Numbered from the stretch's first letter, positions 40,824-49,985 are shown. The stretch: 64,000 bases of DNA from a virus (IMGVR_UViG_3300020045_007777:37741-101740); one strand, 5' to 3'. The notes: generated by a model from the letters alone, not told the origin. A program made the numbers and translations.

Positions 40824-41366
40824 ATGAATCAAGTTAAGGAATTATTTGAATATATATTTAATGCTATTAAAATATGGATTATAGTACAACCTTGGCAACA
40901 AGGTTTAAGAGTAAGAAATGGAAAAAGTATTAAATTATTAAATGGTGGTATATATTTTAGAATTCCTTATTTTGATAGTATATTTGTTCAAGAAATAAGA
41001 TTAAGAACTATATTATTACCAATACAAACTTTAACTTCTAAAGATTTAAAAACAATTACTATATCAAGTTGTATAGGATATTCAATAACATCATTAGAAC
41101 AATTATATAAAACATTACATCATCCTGAAACAACATTGCAGAATATAGCAATGAGTCAAATATCTGAATTTATATTTAAAAATAATTTAAATGATATAAC
41201 TCCTGAAATTATAGAAAATAATATAATTTCAAAATTAAATAATGAAAATTATGGTATTAAATTTGAGTATTTTAAAATAACAAGTTTTGCTGTAGTTAGA
41301 ACATATAGATTAATTCAGGATAATGGATATGTTTACGAAGGATTATCAATGGATAATAAAAAATAA
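40824..41366 (+). CDS. Hypothetical protein
   Basis: 180-aa ORF. Confidence 0.5.
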   Translation: MNQVKELFEYIFNAIKIWIIVQPWQQGLRVRNGKSIKLLNGGIYFRIPYFDSIFVQEIRLRTILLPIQTLTSKDLKTITISSCIGYSITSLEQLYKTLHHPETTLQNIAMSQISEFIFKNNLNDITPEIIENNIISKLNNENYGIKFEYFKITSFAVVRTYRLIQDNGYVYEGLSMDNKK

Positions 41367-41385
41367 CAATTAATTAAATTATATT

Positions 41386-41568
41386 ATGTCAAACAATTTA
41401 TTTACAAAAGAAGAAAAGAAAGCTGCAAAAAGAGATCACAAAGAATTACGTAAAATGAATCCAGAAGGATTTATTCAAATACGTAATCAGATGCGCTCTG
41501 CATTGATTGATGGTTTAAGCAAATTTAGAATTAGATTTGATTTAAAACAAGTATTATTATTTAGATAA
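41386..41568 (+). CDS. Small basic protein
   Basis: 60-aa ORF. Confidence 0.4.
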   Translation: MSNNLFTKEEKKAAKRDHKELRKMNPEGFIQIRNQMRSALIDGLSKFRIRFDLKQVLLFR

Positions 41569-41692
41569 TACAAACTTAATAATTATTGTAATAGATTAAC
41601 TTCAAGTAAAGTTAATGAAATAAATGTAACGTGAGTAACAATACAGATGAGATATTACAATAATTATTTATTAACTAACTAAAACTATTATT

Positions 41693-41863
41693 ATGTTACC
41701 AACAATTATATTATTTCTTGCTATATTATTTACAGCAGGATATATTAATAATACAATTAAATATTATTATAAAACAGGTACTATTGAACATGGAAGATAT
41801 ATAGCTCTTTCTATGTTTATTATGTCTGGATTATGGTCGTATTTATTCTATTTATTACATTAA
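41693..41863 (+). CDS. Small membrane protein (56 aa, below ORF-track cutoff)
   Basis: ATG at 41693. It translates to MLPTIILFLAILFTAGYINN...SMFIMSGLWSYLFYLLH with two hydrophobic segments. Confidence 0.3.
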   Translation: MLPTIILFLAILFTAGYINNTIKYYYKTGTIEHGRYIALSMFIMSGLWSYLFYLLH

Positions 41864-42031
41864 ATACATATTATAACAATATAAAGATACACATTGTACG
41901 TGTAATTAATACTGCACTGTAATATGAAACGTAAGGAATAGTAATACTCAAGGTGCAGTATTTTATTAAATTATAAAGCATCATTGATTATTATATTATT
42001 TTGCACACTAAATAATTAATATGATTTGATG

Positions 42032-42598
42032 CTACTTATAATATTTAGTCATATCTCTAGTTTTAGGAGATTTAATATAATTACATGTTTGATCTTTTAA
42101 AACAATAGTATATCCTTTATAACTTTTTCTTTTTTTATATAATATATCATATAAAATAGAATTATGACACTTAATATATATAGAACAATCTTTAACACAT
42201 TCAAATGATTTAATAAATACATTATTTGTATCATATAAATCAATAGGAATTAATGTTTTAGTATTTCTAATTTTAAGTTTAGTCGCTTCAGAACATTTAA
42301 AACCATTTTCATCTGGTTCATAAATATTATAACCATAATCTCTATGAGCTGAATTAAATTGTTTCATATATTCAACTTCTTTATCTTTTCTTATATTGTT
42401 TTCACATTCTTCTAATATGTAAAAAGAAAATTTATCTTTTCCATATTTATCATAAGCACGTTGTAAATGAATAGAATGGTGAATACCTTTTTTTAATTGA
42501 TAAAAATGTTCATATTTTCTTTTAATATGAGATTTTGAAGAACCAATGTAAACTTTATTGTTTACAAGATTTTTAATAGCATAAATTACTGATTGCAT
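42032..42598 (-). CDS. GIY-YIG homing endonuclease
   Basis: VIYAIKN...KVYIGSS...R...H...LQRAYDKYG...FSFYILEEC...GYN fits the I-TevI-like GIY-YIG core. It is antisense to the surrounding operon. Confidence 0.8.
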   Translation of the reverse strand: MQSVIYAIKNLVNNKVYIGSSKSHIKRKYEHFYQLKKGIHHSIHLQRAYDKYGKDKFSFYILEECENNIRKDKEVEYMKQFNSAHRDYGYNIYEPDENGFKCSEATKLKIRNTKTLIPIDLYDTNNVFIKSFECVKDCSIYIKCHNSILYDILYKKRKSYKGYTIVLKDQTCNYIKSPKTRDMTKYYK

Positions 42599-42871
42599 AA
42601 TATAAATTTTTTATAAATATACAATATTAAATGATTAAAGTCAAGTAATTTTGCTGTTTAATAGTAATCAGTAATTATTACTTTATTAATTAACTAATAG
42701 CAATTTATGCGTACAAGAATAAAAAAAGGTATATTAGTGACCTCAACAACTGATGATATAAAATTTGTAGCTAAGATACTACGAGTTGTTATAACTTACA
42801 AACCAAATATATTTGGTAATCAAATAATCAAAAAAGAATTACAAATTAAAAACTAATTAAAATTTAAAATT

Positions 42872-43219
42872 ATGTCAACAACTAAAGCATTAAAACTGTT
42901 AAACGATAATAAAACAGTTAAAGAAAGAGCAAACGCTTATTTCAGTTCAATCAAAAGAGATATTTTTGATGAAGAAATTAAGCCAATTGAAAAAAAGATT
43001 GAAAAGATTGATTCAGATCTTTTTGATTTAGAAGATTTTACTTTGGATACTAATTTAAATAAAGGTAATCAAAGAATGACAAAAGAAGATTGTCAAAAAA
43101 GATTTAAAGATATCATGGATAAAACCTATGAGAAAAAACTTCTTGAACTTGAATTAGAAGTTAAAAAAGATGTTTATTCTCAATACTTCGGAGAGGAGGT
43201 ATATGATGAGCAAGAATAA
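42872..43219 (+). CDS. Hypothetical coiled-coil protein
   Basis: 115-aa ORF, K/E-rich. Confidence 0.45.
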   Translation: MSTTKALKLLNDNKTVKERANAYFSSIKRDIFDEEIKPIEKKIEKIDSDLFDLEDFTLDTNLNKGNQRMTKEDCQKRFKDIMDKTYEKKLLELELEVKKDVYSQYFGEEVYDEQE

Positions 43220-43727
43220 ATCAATTTATATTTCAATTCCTTTATTAGAACATAAAAGAGGAATTGTGAGAGAAATGATTAATGAATTAATTGATAATTA
43301 TAAAGATTTATCTTATCGATTTTGGTTACCTAATACAACTTATTATGAAGAACATTTAAAAAATTCTGATTATTTTGGAATTTTATTAGAAGGACAAAGT
43401 TGGAAAAATAATATAAGTAATTTACCAGTAGGTTGTTATAAAGAATATCTTAGAGCTAGAGAATTAGGTAAACGTATATTTTTAATATATAAATCTAATA
43501 ATGGTTGGTATATTTATGATACAGAATTATCTAATACAACAATTGAAGGTATTGCTGGTACAACTAAATCTATTAATAAATATATTGAAATTGATAATTT
43601 TTGTATAAATCAAACAAATCCTTGTATGGAAATTTCATTACCGTTACCATCTGATCATTGTCATTCAAAAAATGATATTGTTAATGAAACAGTTGATAGA
43701 AGAATACTTTTACAGTATAATAAATAA
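43203..43727 (+). CDS. Nucleoside 2-deoxyribosyltransferase-like (Rossmann) protein
   Basis: ORF 43170-43727; probable start at the internal MMSKNK. SIYISIPL...YFGILLEG...PVGCYKEYLRARELGKRIFLIY resembles the Rcl/NDT fold pattern. The similarity is weak. Confidence 0.35.
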   Translation: MMSKNKSIYISIPLLEHKRGIVREMINELIDNYKDLSYRFWLPNTTYYEEHLKNSDYFGILLEGQSWKNNISNLPVGCYKEYLRARELGKRIFLIYKSNNGWYIYDTELSNTTIEGIAGTTKSINKYIEIDNFCINQTNPCMEISLPLPSDHCHSKNDIVNETVDRRILLQYNK

Positions 43728-43896
43728 TATCCAACAAAGACAAAAGTCTGGGAAGAAAGTGAAATAATACGTCTTGGATTCACTATTATTTATAAATGCC
43801 TTATATAGTGGCATAATTAACTATTGGAGCTGAGTTATAGAGGTATAATTATTTTATACCTCATTTAACTTGGATTAAAATTCTAAAATAATAAAT

Positions 43897-44259
43897 ATGA
43901 TATATTCAAATTTAAATAATTATATAGATTTTTTATATAAACAAGCTATTAATAATATAACTGAATATATTGAAATGAAATATATTCAAAATATAAGTAA
44001 ATCTGAATTAAATAATACAGATGAAATATTAAAAGTAATTGATGATAAACTCATTGAAGATTATTTAAAGAAAAGAGGTTATACTATGAATTATATTTTA
44101 CAAAAAAGAGTTATGGTTAAAGATTTTACTTGTGTATATGTTTATAAAAATTATATAGAAATATGGCATGATAAAATTGATAATAATAAATCTATATTTA
44201 TTAAAGAAAATTATTTAACAAGTTTACCTATAACTTTAAATTATATGGAAACTATTTAA
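43897..44259 (+). CDS. Hypothetical protein
   Basis: 120-aa ORF. Confidence 0.45.
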   Translation: MIYSNLNNYIDFLYKQAINNITEYIEMKYIQNISKSELNNTDEILKVIDDKLIEDYLKKRGYTMNYILQKRVMVKDFTCVYVYKNYIEIWHDKIDNNKSIFIKENYLTSLPITLNYMETI

Positions 44260-44878
44260 AATTAAAAGTGAAAAAGGCATTGTAGTAACTAATGTCCATC
44301 CCAGAATGCCTGATATTCTAGTATTCTAGATAGACCCGAAAATAAATATAAGTTATCTGAAAGATGTAACACAGAGCAGCATTTGGTTAGACAGGTGTAA
44401 GCTACCTGTAAGTCCCTCATATATTTATTAGTGAAGCTGTAAGATGGATTTTTTAAAATAAAAGGGGACGACTGGTTTTGACAGCAAATATGAATTATAC
44501 AATTCAGTGAGAGAGATAACTCTAAACTAAGGTGAATATATTTAAATGGAAACGTTGAAAATACTCAAGTAAAAGCTAACATGACTGTAGTACATAACAT
44601 CTTAAATGGTGGTACTGGACTAAAATCAAATGATTTGGTAACAATTGAAACTGATTTGTTAGTAGCTGCCTAAGCTATATTAGGAAAACCTGAAGAGGTC
44701 GTTATCATTAGATTATAAAATGAATTAGATTCATAACCATACTTACAGATTTTTCTATTAGATTAAATAGAATGGTGGAGTTGACTATAACTAGTCGACC
44801 TTTCTCCAACCCAAAGGAATTTAAATAAAAGGGTAAACTGTATAAAATTGTATAAGGAAGTTTGTTTGGACGGGAGTT

Positions 44879-45606
44879 TGGAAGAGATGGACTCCATAAT
44901 ATAGTAATATATTATTAGAAATTGCTTGAATTGCTGGAACGCTAAGTGGAAACATATGCCAATCAGCAGCTAAGCCACAAGGAAGATTGTGGAAAGTTCA
45001 GAGACTAAGGACACTAAGGTGAGCCTACAGCGAGCAACTCCTACATTAAGTTGAGGATGAAGATATAGTCCGATCCTTTAGTGAAAACTAGAGTTGAAAA
45101 ATAGTCTTTCATAGGCTAATTTTCTTTTTATTTGGTTAGTTGAATATTTACCATTTTTTATAGTAACTTTATCATGATATTTTATAATAGTATTTATACG
45201 ATGTATTTTTTTAGGATGTTTAGATTTTAATAATTTACATATTTTAATACATTGTTGACTACTTGAACAAGATAAAGTATAACCTATAGAATGATTGACT
45301 TTTTTACTTGGTTTTGTAGATATATATGTTTTTATTGAATGATTTATCAAAAGATAATCTTGTATTTCATATAAAATTTGTATATATGTATTTGTAAAAT
45401 CTATTTTTATAGATTTATATTTATCATTTTTACTATGTTTTACCATAGTAATTGATCCGTCTGCATCAAAAAAGCCTGAAATGTAATCTAAATTCATAAT
45501 ATTTATATTTAAGATGTGTGGTTAATATCAACCATGTCTAATATACAATATTATTTATTAAAAGTCAAGTAAATATTAAATTAATTTATAATAAAAAAAT
45601 ATTATG
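44879..45606 (+). mobile_element. Group I intron inserted in the tmRNA T-loop
   Basis: P1: exon GGAGUU (44873-78) pairs with IGS GACUCC (44890-95), with a U-G pair at the 5' splice site. P7 strands GACUA (45003-07) and AGAUAUAGUCC (45061-71) match the group I core consensus (cf. Tetrahymena CAGACUA...AAGAUAUAGUC). The 3' terminal G is at 45606. The intron carries an antisense LAGLIDADG ORF. Confidence 0.65.
45078..45497 (-). CDS. LAGLIDADG homing endonuclease (single-motif)
   Basis: YISGFFDADGSI at the N-terminus. 139 aa. It lies inside the intron in opposite orientation. Confidence 0.8.
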   Translation of the reverse strand: MNLDYISGFFDADGSITMVKHSKNDKYKSIKIDFTNTYIQILYEIQDYLLINHSIKTYISTKPSKKVNHSIGYTLSCSSSQQCIKICKLLKSKHPKKIHRINTIIKYHDKVTIKNGKYSTNQIKRKLAYERLFFNSSFH

Positions 45607-45694
45607 CGATTCTCCCCGTCTCCACAAGATATAGACTGAGGGGTTGGTCTGGTTTTGATTAATAAATGATGACTGCTAGGAAAGACTAGCAACT

Positions 45695-45768
45695 GGTCTT
45701 ATAGCTCAGCTGGTTAGAGCGTCACACTCATAATGTGAAAGTCCCTGGTTCGAGCCCAGGTAGGACCA
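45695..45768 (+). tRNA. tRNA-Met (anticodon CAT; could alternatively be a lysidine-modified Ile2)
   Basis: Cloverleaf: acceptor GGTCTTA/TAGGACC, D-arm GCTC-AGCTGGTTA-GAGC, anticodon stem TCACA/TGTGA with loop CTCATAA, T-arm CCTGG-TTCGAGC-CCAGG, discriminator A. CCA is not encoded. Confidence 0.85.
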
Positions 45769-45800
45769 CTAATTATTTAGACATAATTAGAATTAGTTAA

Positions 45801-46814
45801 TTGGAAAATGTGAGTGAATTAAGTAGCTCACATTTTTATAAAAATTTAAATAGTAACAATATGAAATCAATTTTTAAAGTATTAGGTTTTAAAGAACCTA
45901 CATTAGTTGCTGAAGTAATTGCAACAGAATTAGTTAAATCTAATTATCCTAAAGAAGTTTTAGAAATTCATCATGAATTTGAAATAGCTTCAGAAAAATT
46001 ATTAGAAGAAGCTAATAATATTATTAATACTCAACCAAAAGTAAACAAATCTAAAATTGAAAGATTAAGTAAATTTGGATTTCAACAAGTTAAAGAAGTT
46101 AAAGATTCTGTAAAAATTCTTGAAGTTACTAAAATGTCTGAAGAAACAATTAACATTGTTAATTATTTTAAAAGAGAATATCCTTTTCAAAAATTTATTA
46201 CAGAAGAACAAGTTGAATATATTTGTCATAAATATAATTTAGTTTGTGGTGATGTATCAAGATTTAGAGGATTTGTTCCAGATAAAAATCTTAAAGAAAT
46301 TGAAAATTTTAAACTTAAATCTAAAGATGATATGTCTCCAAAATTAGGGGAATTTTATATTATTAAAAATGATTTTACTTTAATTAATATTAAAGATGTT
46401 GAAAAAGAAGGTTATAAATTTTATGGAAATAAAAATTTAGATTGGTTATTAAATAAATATTTACCAAATAATAATTATTCATATTTAGGAACTAGTTCAT
46501 CTTCTAGTGAAACAAATATTCCTGGATGGGGTAAAACATTTCAATATAGAATCAATAATTTAGAAGATTTTGATATTAAAAAAGCAATTGAATTTAATAC
46601 TCAAACTTTAAAAATTTGTGCTCCTGTTAAAGATATGGATATTTCAGGTTTAGAACTTAAAAATGGTTATAAACTTGAAGCTAAAAAACATATTCCAGAT
46701 CCAATTGTTTTACAACCAGTTAAAGGAGGTTATTTAATTCTTACAATGTGGGCTGATGAAACATTTGATCCATATACTGAACCAATATTAAGAAATGATG
46801 AAATGTTAAATTAA
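45801..46814 (+). CDS. Hypothetical protein
   Basis: 337-aa ORF (alternative start at the MKSIF Met near 45861). Confidence 0.5.
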   Translation: MENVSELSSSHFYKNLNSNNMKSIFKVLGFKEPTLVAEVIATELVKSNYPKEVLEIHHEFEIASEKLLEEANNIINTQPKVNKSKIERLSKFGFQQVKEVKDSVKILEVTKMSEETINIVNYFKREYPFQKFITEEQVEYICHKYNLVCGDVSRFRGFVPDKNLKEIENFKLKSKDDMSPKLGEFYIIKNDFTLINIKDVEKEGYKFYGNKNLDWLLNKYLPNNNYSYLGTSSSSSETNIPGWGKTFQYRINNLEDFDIKKAIEFNTQTLKICAPVKDMDISGLELKNGYKLEAKKHIPDPIVLQPVKGGYLILTMWADETFDPYTEPILRNDEMLN

Positions 46815-46815
46815 T

Positions 46816-47604
46816 ATGAAAAAATATAGATTAATTAAAGAATATCCAGGTAGTCCTGAATTAGGGACTATTGAAATACCTATTGGAAATATTCATCAAA
46901 TGAGTAATGGTAACTATGGTTATAAAATTTCATCAACACCAGAATTCTGGGAAGAAATTGTTGAAAAAGATTATGAAATATTAAGTTATATTACAATATC
47001 TAATGCAATTTGGACAAAAAGTAAAAATAATAAAGATATTTGGCAAAATGATATTGATGGTTGTACCTTTTTATTAGTTAAACTATTAGAATCAAATTTA
47101 AAAGCTCAAATTCACTCTGTTAAAAGATTATCTGATAATGAAATATTTACTATTGGTGATAAAATACGTGGTCATATATTAGAGGAAATTTTCATTGCAC
47201 CTTCAAATAAAAATGATATTGTATTATCTTGTAAAGATTTAAGAAGAGCTTTATATTTAATAGAAGATAAACATTTAAAAATTGATAGTAAAGTTTTATT
47301 TAAAACTGAAGATGGTGTAGATATTTTTGATTATTCAAAAGATCATTTTTATTATGTTAAAAAAGAAAGTTTTAAATTATGTGAAAATTTAAAAGTAATT
47401 AATTCAAATGTAACTTTCAAATACGAACCAAAAAAAGAACTATATTTTTCAACAAAAGAAAAAGCTGAACAATATATTTTAATGAATAAACCTTGTTTAT
47501 CTTTAAATGAAGTAAAATTTATAATAAATACACATAGAAATAAAACTAATGGTTTAATAGAAATAGAAAAATTAGTAAAACTTAAAATAAATGACAAAAC
47601 ATGA
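46816..47604 (+). CDS. Hypothetical protein
   Basis: 262-aa ORF. Confidence 0.5.
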   Translation: MKKYRLIKEYPGSPELGTIEIPIGNIHQMSNGNYGYKISSTPEFWEEIVEKDYEILSYITISNAIWTKSKNNKDIWQNDIDGCTFLLVKLLESNLKAQIHSVKRLSDNEIFTIGDKIRGHILEEIFIAPSNKNDIVLSCKDLRRALYLIEDKHLKIDSKVLFKTEDGVDIFDYSKDHFYYVKKESFKLCENLKVINSNVTFKYEPKKELYFSTKEKAEQYILMNKPCLSLNEVKFIINTHRNKTNGLIEIEKLVKLKINDKT

Positions 47605-47698
47605 AGAAACTTATTTAGATGACATGGAAGAAGATTGGATGAACTTTGAAACAGTTTCATCTTAAAAAATAATATATAAATCAATTAAATATTAAACA

Positions 47699-47977
47699 AT
47701 GGGAAATTTTTTATTTCATCAAAAACCTCATGCTAAAAAGCATACGAGAAGAACTTTTGCTGGTAACTTTATTAGTGACGAGAAAAAGTTAATTATTGGT
47801 ATTACAGGTAATCATGAAAATGATAGATTTGTAAGATCAATAGGAAAAGAAATTGCAACTGATAGAGCATCAGAGCCTAAAAACTATTTGCAACAACAAG
47901 GTAAACAAATTATCTTAGAAAACATTACAGCTGAAAAAGCTAAAGAAGTTTTCTTTGAAACTATTAAAACACTTTAA
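47699..47977 (+). CDS. Hypothetical protein
   Basis: 92-aa ORF. Confidence 0.45.
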   Translation: MGNFLFHQKPHAKKHTRRTFAGNFISDEKKLIIGITGNHENDRFVRSIGKEIATDRASEPKNYLQQQGKQIILENITAEKAKEVFFETIKTL

Positions 47978-47979
47978 TT

Positions 47980-48216
47980 ATGTTTGGAAGTAAAGTTACA
48001 GCATCTAGTCTAGGACTAAAAAAAGGTAAAATTCTTGGAATATTTACCAAAACTAAAGAAGATTTAAATGTTTTAATTCAAGAAGAACAAAACTATGTTT
48101 CAACTCTTCGTGATGAAAAGAAACGTATTGAATCTGAAATTGATACAGTAAATGATTCTATTGAAGAATCTGCACTTATCGTCGACAACATTAACAAAAT
48201 TTTGAACACTAAATAA
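47980..48216 (+). CDS. Hypothetical coiled-coil protein
   Basis: 78-aa ORF. Confidence 0.45.
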   Translation: MFGSKVTASSLGLKKGKILGIFTKTKEDLNVLIQEEQNYVSTLRDEKKRIESEIDTVNDSIEESALIVDNINKILNTK

Positions 48217-48223
48217 CAAAACC

Positions 48224-48457
48224 ATGTCATCTAAAAAAAGTACACCTACACCAATCACAACTGCATTATTAAATGCTAAAAACAATAATAATGGAACTAT
48301 TACATTTAATTTTGCTGATGGAACAAAACAACATCAGAGTATAAATAAAGAAATGTTCTTTGATGAAAAGAAAAATCCATTAGATTTGTATAAGGTTGTA
48401 CAGCATATAAATGATATATGCCATGATTTAAAAGCAGTAGATTATGAAATCAACTAG
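48224..48457 (+). CDS. Hypothetical protein
   Basis: 77-aa ORF. Confidence 0.45.
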   Translation: MSSKKSTPTPITTALLNAKNNNNGTITFNFADGTKQHQSINKEMFFDEKKNPLDLYKVVQHINDICHDLKAVDYEIN

Positions 48458-48662
48458 ATTATTTCAAAGTATAAGAGATAATTTATTTATATTTATAATT
48501 TATCTACTTATATTATGTGTTATATCTGTTCCAGGTATAGCATTGCTTAAAGGACCAATTATTGCTAAATTATTAGGCTCAATGATTTTAGTATTTGTAG
48601 TTTGGTTATTTCTCAAATTTCCAGATTTTTATAAATTTCTAAAAAAGAAAGAAAATGTTTAG
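48444..48662 (+). CDS. Small membrane protein
   Basis: Two TM segments. Confidence 0.45.
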   Translation: MKSTRLFQSIRDNLFIFIIYLLILCVISVPGIALLKGPIIAKLLGSMILVFVVWLFLKFPDFYKFLKKKENV

Positions 48663-49026
48663 TATTTGGTACGCAATTGGATTTTATCCATTAAGTTTAT
48701 TTGCAATTATATTTATTATATGGTTATTTACAAAAAAATCAATTATATTTTGTGAAAATCATAATTTATATAAAGGTGATGATGATGGAAGTATATTATT
48801 TTTTTTAAAGTATATACATCATCCAGATATATTAAAAGAACTTATTGTTGATAAACCTATAAGTTTTTTTGTAGGTTTTATTGCATCTATTCTTGCATTA
48901 ATAGTTTTATTAATAATATCAGGAATTATAATAGTGATTTTATCACTATTAGGACCAATTATTTTAATACCTATTTTTATAGTTATTAAAACATTATTAC
49001 AGGTTAAAAAAGAAAACAAAAGTTAA
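48655..49026 (+). CDS. Membrane protein
   Basis: 123 aa, multiple hydrophobic segments. Confidence 0.45.
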   Translation: MFSIWYAIGFYPLSLFAIIFIIWLFTKKSIIFCENHNLYKGDDDGSILFFLKYIHHPDILKELIVDKPISFFVGFIASILALIVLLIISGIIIVILSLLGPIILIPIFIVIKTLLQVKKENKS

Positions 49027-49047
49027 ATTAAAGTTAAAATTATTAAA

Positions 49048-49851
49048 ATGAAAAAATTATTTAGTATCTTTGCACTAGTTGCATTAGTATCGTTATCATC
49101 TTGTACAACAACAGATTCTGGAAATAGAACTGTAAGAGTTAGTTGGGGTGGTGAAACAGACATGACTGAAGTTTATGATGAAGGTGTTCATTATGGATTT
49201 AGTTGGTTATTTGACAAAAATGTTGAATACAATGCAAAAGAGCAAACAATGACTATCAAAAAAGTATATAATGATGCTAAAGACATGGAAGTTCCTGTTG
49301 AAGTAACATTATATTTCAAACCAATTGGTAGTTCATTAAATAAATTACATAAATTTACTGGAGAAGATTATAAAACTATTAAACTTACTCCATTATTTTT
49401 AGGTGCTGTTAAAGAAGTTATACCACAATATACTGCTCAACAATTAAATAAAACAGATCGTGCTGCTGCTGAAGCAAAAATTAAAGCTATTTTAGATAAA
49501 GATTTATTATCAATTTATACTGAATGTGTACGAGTTGCTATTACAGATGTAGATATTCCAAATGGAATTTCACAAGCATCTGAAGCTACTGCGGTACAAG
49601 AAGCTAATAATATTCTTGCATCGAAAAAAGAAGCTGAAAAAGTTGCATTAGCTGCTGCTAAAATTGCAGAAGCAAAAGGTAATTTTGAAGCTGCACAATA
49701 TGATGCTAAAACTAAAGATGTGATGTCACAACCAAAAATGCTAGAATTATATAGAGCTGAAACAGCTCGTATATGGGCTGAAAAAGGTGTATCACCTTAT
49801 GGTGAACATAATGTATTTGGTGCATCACCAAATTTGATTAAATCATTGTAA
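49048..49851 (+). CDS. Lipoprotein
   Basis: Signal peptide with lipobox LSSC (MKKLFSIFALVALVSLSSCTT). 267 aa. Confidence 0.55.
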   Translation: MKKLFSIFALVALVSLSSCTTTDSGNRTVRVSWGGETDMTEVYDEGVHYGFSWLFDKNVEYNAKEQTMTIKKVYNDAKDMEVPVEVTLYFKPIGSSLNKLHKFTGEDYKTIKLTPLFLGAVKEVIPQYTAQQLNKTDRAAAEAKIKAILDKDLLSIYTECVRVAITDVDIPNGISQASEATAVQEANNILASKKEAEKVALAAAKIAEAKGNFEAAQYDAKTKDVMSQPKMLELYRAETARIWAEKGVSPYGEHNVFGASPNLIKSL

Positions 49852-49985
49852 TATGCCTAAATCTGAATTATCCAAAATAAAAAAAGAAGTTAAAATACTG
49901 TCAACTTTTATTAAAAGTGATAAAGAAGGTTTAAACTTTAATCAAGAGCTTAAGTTAAAATCTAAGCAAAAATAAATAATATAGC

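Larger units (their letters stand above)
44464..45624 (+). ncRNA. ssrA: tmRNA (ssrA) gene split by a group I intron in the T-loop
   Basis: The 5' end GGGGACGACUGGUUUUGAC resembles the tmRNA 5' consensus (GGGGCUGAUUCUGGAUUCGAC). Acceptor stem GGGGACG/CGUCUCC carries the G3-U70 wobble. A GGAC element precedes T-stem GGGAG/CTCCC. The T-loop TT|CGATT is split by 44879-45606. Discriminator A at 45624. An in-frame tag-like ORF ends ...DLLVAA with TAA at 44671-44673.

Exon 1 = 44464..44878; exon 2 = 45607..45624. Confidence 0.7.

Noticed and set aside
44464-45080. An unsplit tmRNA whose 3' end lies before the LAGLIDADG gene
   Set aside because: No sequence complementary to the GGGGACG acceptor strand and no T-arm exist before 45080. 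The only matching 3' half (CGATT-CTCCC-CGTCTCC-A) is at 45607-45624, and the T-loop is only restored by excising 44879-45606.
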